The notes under the pieces: model-generated | The model's database searches: none | What the model saw: the letters and a program-made list of their open reading frames with translations, nothing else | What the model was told of the DNA's origin: nothing | Made by a program: the position numbers and the translations under genes | In this document: positions 57,877 to 64,000 of the stretch, piece by piece | Position numbering within the stretch: the first letter of the stretch is position 1 | Layout of the letters: each line of letters starts with the position of its first letter | Source of the DNA: Candidatus Nomurabacteria bacterium | Lineage (GTDB): Bacteria; Patescibacteriota; Minisyncoccia; Phycocordibacterales; UBA918 | Length of the DNA: 64,000 bases | Direction: 5' to 3' | Assembly (NCBI GenBank): GCA_020632135.1 | Contig: JACKGC010000001.1 | Coordinates: 116,241 to 180,240, forward strand

Positions 57877-58503
57877 TTAGTAGAAGGTCACTGAAGTAAT
57901 AAGCTCATCATACATAGCACGGATTGCATCGGTATCATCTTCATACTGACCCACAAACACATACGCATTGCCCTGATAGGTGGCGAGATGTACAGTCTGC
58001 CGGAAGGCACCATCGGTGTGGTAACGCACCGCTTTCACACCATCCAGTGTGAGTGATTCCGGCTCGGTGGTACGGCGACTATATGAGGAGAACTGCGGAT
58101 TGGCTTCAGCCCAGGTGGTTAGATGCGCAAGACGATCCACCCCTTCTGGCAACTCCGGCAACTCCACCACAAAGACACTCACTGCGGCCGGTGCAGCTGC
58201 ACCATTGCCTGGCGCTTGATACTTGATGTAGTCCTGCGTATCCATGATGATGAATACTTGCTGAAGCCCATCAGTAGGAGATTCGGGCAATGGTGGCTCA
58301 ATGAGCGTATAGCCCTGCTCCCCACTCGGGTAGGTAAATCCGTATGAGAGCCCGTCGTTCTCGATCACCATCGGCACAACCGCCGTGACCATCCGACCAT
58401 CGAGCTGCGGTTTGATGACCTGCATAAAAAGGACGTACCCCACCACTGCGAGCACGACCGTACTGATCAGTATTATTTTTCGTTTCGTTTTTTTCTTCAT
58501 CAT
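57877..58503 (-). CDS. Hypothetical membrane-anchored/exported protein
   Basis: MMKKKTKRKIILISTVVLAVVGYVLF is an N-terminal anchor. The ATG at 58503 is used. Confidence 0.45.
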   Translation of the reverse strand: MMKKKTKRKIILISTVVLAVVGYVLFMQVIKPQLDGRMVTAVVPMVIENDGLSYGFTYPSGEQGYTLIEPPLPESPTDGLQQVFIIMDTQDYIKYQAPGNGAAAPAAVSVFVVELPELPEGVDRLAHLTTWAEANPQFSSYSRRTTEPESLTLDGVKAVRYHTDGAFRQTVHLATYQGNAYVFVGQYEDDTDAIRAMYDELITSVTFY

Positions 58504-58637
58504 ATTGGGTGTAGACGTTAACAGTGTGACATTCTTATTTGCCACAACACTGCATAATATAAAGCATGGGTGGTCAATGTCGATACACCACAGCTCATTC
58601 CAGCATCTCAGTAAAAAGTACGCTACACTATACAAAT

Positions 58638-59009
58638 ATGGAGCAAAAAACCATTTTGGTGGTCGAAGACTCACCGTATCTCGCTGAATCATTAGCGGAT
58701 ATGCTGGATATCAAAGGCCACCGCGCGTTGATCACTGGCACAGGTCGTGAAGCGGTAAACCTGGCCCTTGCAGAGCACCCCGACCTCATCCTGCTCGATA
58801 TTCGTCTGCCTGATATCGACGGCTACGAAGTATATCGCCGCATCCGCGCTGATAAGTGGGGTAAAAACGCAATGATCATCATTCTCACGGCCTCCGAATC
58901 CATTGAGAACATTTCCAAGAATATCGACCTCCCCATGGACCTCGTACTCTTCAAGCCAGAGTGGAGCATTCCTGACTTATCAACTAAGATTGAATCGTAC
59001 CTTACGTAA
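58638..59009 (+). CDS. Single-domain response regulator
   Basis: ILVVEDSP, LILLDIRLPDIDG and IIILTA are present. The protein is 123 aa. Confidence 0.8.
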   Translation: MEQKTILVVEDSPYLAESLADMLDIKGHRALITGTGREAVNLALAEHPDLILLDIRLPDIDGYEVYRRIRADKWGKNAMIIILTASESIENISKNIDLPMDLVLFKPEWSIPDLSTKIESYLT

Positions 59010-59011
59010 GG

Positions 59012-60328
59012 TTACTTTTTCTTTGTGCGTTCTGGTTCTTCCAGCGGCAGTACCACCTCAAAGGTAGTGCCGACGTTTTCCGTTGTGGTAAAAGTGATAC
59101 TACCTTTGAGAACCGATACTGCCTCGTGCACAATATACAATCCAAGCCCGGTACCATCTGGGACATTACGTACCGCATTGCTGGCGCGGAATAATTTAGA
59201 AAAGATCTGGTCGCGGTCTTCAATCGGGATACCCATACCATTGTCAGCCACAGTGATAACGAGTCGGTCTGCCTTGCGCCCAAAGCCAAGATGTACAGTA
59301 CCCTGCTCTCTGGTGTATTTGGTGGCATTGGAGTAGAGATTGGTGACGATCATGCGAATCAAGTTGAGGTCAGTCAGAATGACATCGATCTCCGAATCGA
59401 AGAAGGTCTTTACAACCAGCTTCTTCTGATCAACCCGTGGCGCCTGCTCAGTCATGATGTCTTCAAAGAGTGCGGGTAGTGCAACTGCGGTGTACTCCGC
59501 CTGGAATGTACCGAGTTCGAAGCGCGAGACCCGCAAGAAGTCATCCACCAAGCGCGCCATCCGGTGAATACTGATGAGTAATCGATCGATGTATTTATGC
59601 TGCCGCTTCGTGAGTGAGTCAGGGTTGTCCATCAACAACAACTCAGCGCTCCATTTCATACCCGCGATCGGTGTGCGGAGCTGATGTGATGCAAGTGAGA
59701 CGAATTCTGACTTTGCATCTTCGGCTTTCTTTTGTTTGGTTATATCCACCAAGGTCATGAGGCCGATCTGCTGCCCCTCCACATCACGAAATCCAAAGAG
59801 CGATAACAGCGCCCAAGCTTCGCGGTGGTCGGTGCGTTTGACCTGCACCATTTCATCACTGACTGCCACCCCACTGCGAAACTTCTCGACCAACAGATCA
59901 AGGTGCTCAGTATCATCACACTGTAGGTGTGCAAAGATATTTAAACCTTTAGCTTTATTCTGGGCCACACCTAGCATGCGTACCGCTGCCACATTGGCCG
60001 AACGAATATCACCCGTGGCGTCAATGATGATGTATGGTACCGGGCTATTCTTATACAATTGTACATATAACTCCTCAGAAGTGATCGCAAGATCGAGTGC
60101 AGCACTCTTCTCGAATTCCTTTGCGGTCTCGTCAGCCTTCACAATATCGAAGGTGTTCTTGGCAATAAAGATACAGCACAAGAATGCCGTCAAGAAAAGC
60201 AATCCACCAAGGTCAATGTTAGAAAAGTCAAAGTAGATGGTCATTAGAACCACCGCCCCAAACGAAATGACAAAAACAAAGATTGACTGAATGAACGGTT
60301 TTTTGTTATGTGCGTACCACGGATCCAT
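59012..60328 (-). CDS. Sensor histidine kinase (TM + PAS + HisKA + HATPase)
   Basis: The H-box is FVSLASHQLRTP, the N-box is NLYSNATKY and the G-boxes are DNGMGI and GTGLGL. Confidence 0.85.
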   Translation of the reverse strand: MDPWYAHNKKPFIQSIFVFVISFGAVVLMTIYFDFSNIDLGGLLFLTAFLCCIFIAKNTFDIVKADETAKEFEKSAALDLAITSEELYVQLYKNSPVPYIIIDATGDIRSANVAAVRMLGVAQNKAKGLNIFAHLQCDDTEHLDLLVEKFRSGVAVSDEMVQVKRTDHREAWALLSLFGFRDVEGQQIGLMTLVDITKQKKAEDAKSEFVSLASHQLRTPIAGMKWSAELLLMDNPDSLTKRQHKYIDRLLISIHRMARLVDDFLRVSRFELGTFQAEYTAVALPALFEDIMTEQAPRVDQKKLVVKTFFDSEIDVILTDLNLIRMIVTNLYSNATKYTREQGTVHLGFGRKADRLVITVADNGMGIPIEDRDQIFSKLFRASNAVRNVPDGTGLGLYIVHEAVSVLKGSITFTTTENVGTTFEVVLPLEEPERTKKK

Positions 60329-60361
60329 GTATTACAAAATTTCAGACGATAGGAACGGGCG

Positions 60362-61549
60362 TCAGAGTGCACCCAACCCTACCCGATCTGCCACAAAGGC
60401 CATCTCACCCATCTCGTCTGTACGCATCACTACTACCTTGACTGCACTGTTGCGCACGCTTACTACACCATCTTTACCAACTAAGAGGTCGTTCCGGTCT
60501 TTACTTATCTGTATTCCGAGATGCGAGAGACCGCTGAGGATAAGACTCCGGAGCTCTGCACTGCGCACTGCTGCGGTAGCGGTGAGCACGAGCACATCCA
60601 ACCCACCGAGAGCAACGGTCTGTGCAGCAATAGCTTTTTGGATGTTGTATGCAAAGACATTGAGAGCGTGGGTAGCCACCGCATCGTTTTGTGCACGCCG
60701 GTCAAGTAAGCGGCGAATGTCTGAGTCGCCAGTCATACCAGCGAGACCGCCACGCGTATTGATATACAGCTCTGCCTCAGCCGGGCGCAGGTGCTTCATT
60801 CGCATGAGCTCAAGCAGTGCCGCATTGTCGATGTCACCTGCCCGACTCCCCATTGGTAGACCAGTCGAAGGCGAGAAGCCCATGGTGGTCTCTACCCCCT
60901 TGCCGTTCTTCACCGCCGTGACACTCGTGCCATTACCAACATGACAGACGATCAGCCGCTCCGGGTCTATCCCAATGATCGGGTGGATGCGTCGAACGAT
61001 CGAGGCGACCGAGAGACCATGGTAACCAAAACGATGAATATCAAATGAGTTCACATCTTCATTGGCAATACTGTACTCACGCGCCTGCGGTGGCATCTCA
61101 CTATGAAACGCACTGTCGGATGCCGCGATCAGACGCACGTGCTTGAAGTGCTTACGGGTGTTTTCGATCTCCCGCACAATGACTGGAATGTGGAGTGGCG
61201 CTGACGGTGCGCGGTCGTGCAATTTCTGTAAGTACTCATCAGTGATCTCTCCGTGACGCTGGAAATACGTGCCAGGCGCCACAACACGGAGCACAATGTT
61301 ATCGAGGTGCTTGCCGACCCCACCACGAAAGAGGTGATTTTGGACTGCTTCTGCTACTTGTGAAAAGGCTTCAGCAAACTCTTCTTTAGTGAGTCGTTCA
61401 CAGATCTGCTGGGTGCCCGCAGTCTGTGAACACACCTCATAGCCAGCATCCGTGTCTTCAAAGCGCATCTCCAAGACTACTTGCCCGTCTTGGTACAGTG
61501 CATATTTTCGTGATGAACTCCCTGGATTTACGACTAGCGTTGTTGCCAT
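60362..61549 (-). CDS. ackA: Acetate kinase
   Basis: 395 aa. VVNPGSSSRKYALY and HRFGYHGLS are present. It overlaps the end of the phosphoketolase gene. Confidence 0.9.
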   Translation of the reverse strand: MATTLVVNPGSSSRKYALYQDGQVVLEMRFEDTDAGYEVCSQTAGTQQICERLTKEEFAEAFSQVAEAVQNHLFRGGVGKHLDNIVLRVVAPGTYFQRHGEITDEYLQKLHDRAPSAPLHIPVIVREIENTRKHFKHVRLIAASDSAFHSEMPPQAREYSIANEDVNSFDIHRFGYHGLSVASIVRRIHPIIGIDPERLIVCHVGNGTSVTAVKNGKGVETTMGFSPSTGLPMGSRAGDIDNAALLELMRMKHLRPAEAELYINTRGGLAGMTGDSDIRRLLDRRAQNDAVATHALNVFAYNIQKAIAAQTVALGGLDVLVLTATAAVRSAELRSLILSGLSHLGIQISKDRNDLLVGKDGVVSVRNSAVKVVVMRTDEMGEMAFVADRVGLGAL

Positions 61550-63897
61550 ACCCAGCTGGTTATCTCCTCCAAGTCTTCGCCGTGCTCGACCACATACTGA
61601 CGATGAGCGGCCAACTTCTCTTGGAAGTCTGAGATGAGTGCTTGGGCTTCTGTTTCAGTGATAACGTTCTGTTCGGCTGCCTTGGCGAAGGCTTCCATCG
61701 CGAGATGGTAACGGTCAACTCGATTGCGTACCATCATGTCAAATGGTGTCGTGGTAGATCCCGTTTCCTCATAGCCATGAACAATGAAACGATCAGGATG
61801 CTGCGCGTAGTCGAAGAGCACCTGCTTCATGGTCTGTGGGTAGCCATGGAAGTTGACCAAGACTGGCTTGTCTTCCGTAAAGTAGTGTTTGAAGTCGTGA
61901 CGGAGTACGCGGCACTGTGAGTTACCGATACCAAGTGCAGAGAGCGAAGAGATGTTCACGAAACGCATGCGCATTGCTGGTACATGTTGACGGACCAAAC
62001 TGATGGCAGCAAGTGCTTCGAGCGTAGGGTAATCTCCCGCTGCCGCGAAGACCATGTGTGGATTCTCATCACTGGCAAATTTCCAAATAGCCACACCGTC
62101 TTCGATGTCACGCTTGGCTTCTTCAAGTGTGCGCCAAACCGGTAGTGGCCGCTTTTCACACACCAGGACATTGATCTCTTTAGTTGATACCATCATCCGC
62201 TTAAAGGCAACGAGGGCGGAGTTGGCATCAGCTGGGAAGTAGACGTTGGTAAAGCAGCCCTGTCGCTGCAAGATGCCGTCAATGAAGCCTGGATTTTGGT
62301 GTGAGAAGCCGTTATGCTCCTGGCGCCACGCGCCTGAAGTGAGGATGTAATTGAGTGAAGGGATGGTGCCGCGCCAGCGAACATCGCGCGCGATCTTGAG
62401 AAACTTCGCGTATTGATCGGTCATACTGGCAACGATCTGCACAAAGGCTTCATACGACACAAACACGCCGTGGCGACCGGTAAGTATGTACCCCTGCAAC
62501 AACCCCTGCAGGCTATGCTCGGACAGCATCTCGAGCACTCGCCCATCCCAGGCCATGTCCTTGTCCCACTCTCTGTGAGGCCAGACAAAGGCACGCTTCG
62601 TCACCTCAAACACGTGCCCGAGTTTGTTGGAGTACGTCTCATCCGGCGACATAAGGCGAAGGTTGCGGTTGGCCTCGTTGAGTTTCATCATGTCACGCAG
62701 ATATGCGCCGATCTTTTCCATACCACTCTCAGTACCACAGATCGGGCTATTGAGGTCGCAGGTGTTCTCTTTATCGTAATCCTCTACCGCAGGCATCACG
62801 AGCGGCTTGTACACCGGCTCACCGCCATGTGCGTGTGGGTTGTCGCCCATCCTGCGCCCATCGCGCGGGATCAGACTTTGGATATCATCATCAAACTTTT
62901 CACCATCCCATAACTCATGGAAACGATACGAACGCAGCCATTCCTCGAGCTGCTGACGTTGTCCTTCATCGTACTTGGCCTGGTCGGCGATCACCTGGTG
63001 CGAGAGGCAGTTATCGGCGATCTTGTTTTCACCAATATAGTCGATGCTACCCCAGCCTTTTGGGGTGCGCAGGACGATCATCGGGAAGCGTGGGTTTTCT
63101 TGGAGCGTACCTTCCCGCGCACAATGCTGCGTAAAGCGAATGGCTTCGATCGCATCGTCCATGACCTTCATCATGCGACAATGCACATCTTCCTCAACGT
63201 ACGCATCGACAAAGTGCGGCTCATAGCCGTAACCCCAGAAGAGTGCTTTGAGTTCTTCATCACTCATGCGACCCATGAAGGTCGGGCCAGAGATCTTGTA
63301 GCCGTTGAGGTGCAAGATTGGTAACACCGCACCATTCTTACCCGGGTCGATGAGCTTATTAAGGTGCCAAGCGGTGGCGGTCGGGCCAGTCTCAGCCTCA
63401 CCATCACCCACAAGACACGTGACGATCAGATCAGGATTATCAAGAATAGCACCATAGGCTGTCGAGAGTGAGTAGCCGAGCTCACCACCTTCGAGGATAA
63501 CACCCGGCGCTTCAGGATTGGAGTGACTTGGGTAGCCATATGGCCAACTGAACATGCGCGCCATATGGGCAATGCCCGCATTATTGTGGGTGATGTCAGT
63601 GAAATACTTCGTGAGTGTTCCTTCTAGAAAAAGGTTGGCTTGCACCGCCGGGAAGCCATGTCCCGGGCCGAGTACAAACATCATGTCGACGTCGTGCGCG
63701 ATGATCGCCCGATTGAGGTGCGCGTAGGTAAAATTAATACCCGGGCACGTTCCCCAGTGCCCCAAGAGGCGCGGTTTAATATGCTCAGGCTTAAGAGGCT
63801 CAGTTAATAAAGCATTATCTTTTAAATAAATCTGGGCAGCCGCTAAATAATTAGTGGCGCGAACGAACTTCTCAAGAACATCACTCATTGCCCCCAT
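61534..63897 (-). CDS. xfp: Xylulose-5-P/fructose-6-P phosphoketolase
   Basis: 787 aa. GHWGTCPG, EGGELGYS and GDGEAETGP are phosphoketolase/TPP signatures. Confidence 0.9.
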   Translation of the reverse strand: MGAMSDVLEKFVRATNYLAAAQIYLKDNALLTEPLKPEHIKPRLLGHWGTCPGINFTYAHLNRAIIAHDVDMMFVLGPGHGFPAVQANLFLEGTLTKYFTDITHNNAGIAHMARMFSWPYGYPSHSNPEAPGVILEGGELGYSLSTAYGAILDNPDLIVTCLVGDGEAETGPTATAWHLNKLIDPGKNGAVLPILHLNGYKISGPTFMGRMSDEELKALFWGYGYEPHFVDAYVEEDVHCRMMKVMDDAIEAIRFTQHCAREGTLQENPRFPMIVLRTPKGWGSIDYIGENKIADNCLSHQVIADQAKYDEGQRQQLEEWLRSYRFHELWDGEKFDDDIQSLIPRDGRRMGDNPHAHGGEPVYKPLVMPAVEDYDKENTCDLNSPICGTESGMEKIGAYLRDMMKLNEANRNLRLMSPDETYSNKLGHVFEVTKRAFVWPHREWDKDMAWDGRVLEMLSEHSLQGLLQGYILTGRHGVFVSYEAFVQIVASMTDQYAKFLKIARDVRWRGTIPSLNYILTSGAWRQEHNGFSHQNPGFIDGILQRQGCFTNVYFPADANSALVAFKRMMVSTKEINVLVCEKRPLPVWRTLEEAKRDIEDGVAIWKFASDENPHMVFAAAGDYPTLEALAAISLVRQHVPAMRMRFVNISSLSALGIGNSQCRVLRHDFKHYFTEDKPVLVNFHGYPQTMKQVLFDYAQHPDRFIVHGYEETGSTTTPFDMMVRNRVDRYHLAMEAFAKAAEQNVITETEAQALISDFQEKLAAHRQYVVEHGEDLEEITSWVWQQR

Positions 63898-64000
63898 TCT
63901 AGCAGGTTTTACATATATAGTTTTCCCCTCCTGTGCAAAGTGAGGAGTCTGGTATACTGTCGACCATGTCTACGCAGCAAGGTGAGAGGGTGGTGGTAAA

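Overview
The window is a gene-dense 64 kb bacterial chromosome segment, mostly housekeeping genes and mostly on the minus strand. Recognisable genes include pyrG, ftsEX, prfB, gatCA, ligA, recG, ftsH, smpB plus tmRNA, ackA and a phosphoketolase. There is also a complete type IV pilus locus: four minor pilins, pilD, pilA, pilC, pilT, a receiver-domain protein, pilB and pilMNO-like genes. A MacAB-like efflux system, two ZIP metal transporters and a two-component system are present. The gene content and the tRNA genes without encoded CCA suggest a small-genome Patescibacteria/Saccharibacteria-like organism, but this is an unverified inference. The unusual part is the RNA-gene neighbourhoods. Nine tRNA genes and the tmRNA gene are present. 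One tRNA-Thr(GGU) carries a ~197-nt group I intron, and one tRNA is a rare tRNA-Ile(UAU). Most of these RNA genes are followed by a partial duplicate of their own 3' end that starts inside the T-loop (TT|CGA). Each duplicate is preceded by a conserved, structured ~120-200-nt module. The 5' arm of that module is the reverse complement of the same tRNA or tmRNA 3' end, so the arm changes with the target. The modules bound short AT-rich single-gene cassettes or empty mini-elements arranged in tandem behind tRNA-Gln, tRNA-Ser and tmRNA. No integrase or transposase is visible in the window. I read this as a possibly undescribed family of integrase-less, cassette-like elements with a folded or guide-like attachment module. 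That mechanism is inference only. Two free-standing HTH-LAGLIDADG-like genes sit directly upstream of tRNA genes in the same cluster. All alignments were done by eye, and no database search was possible.
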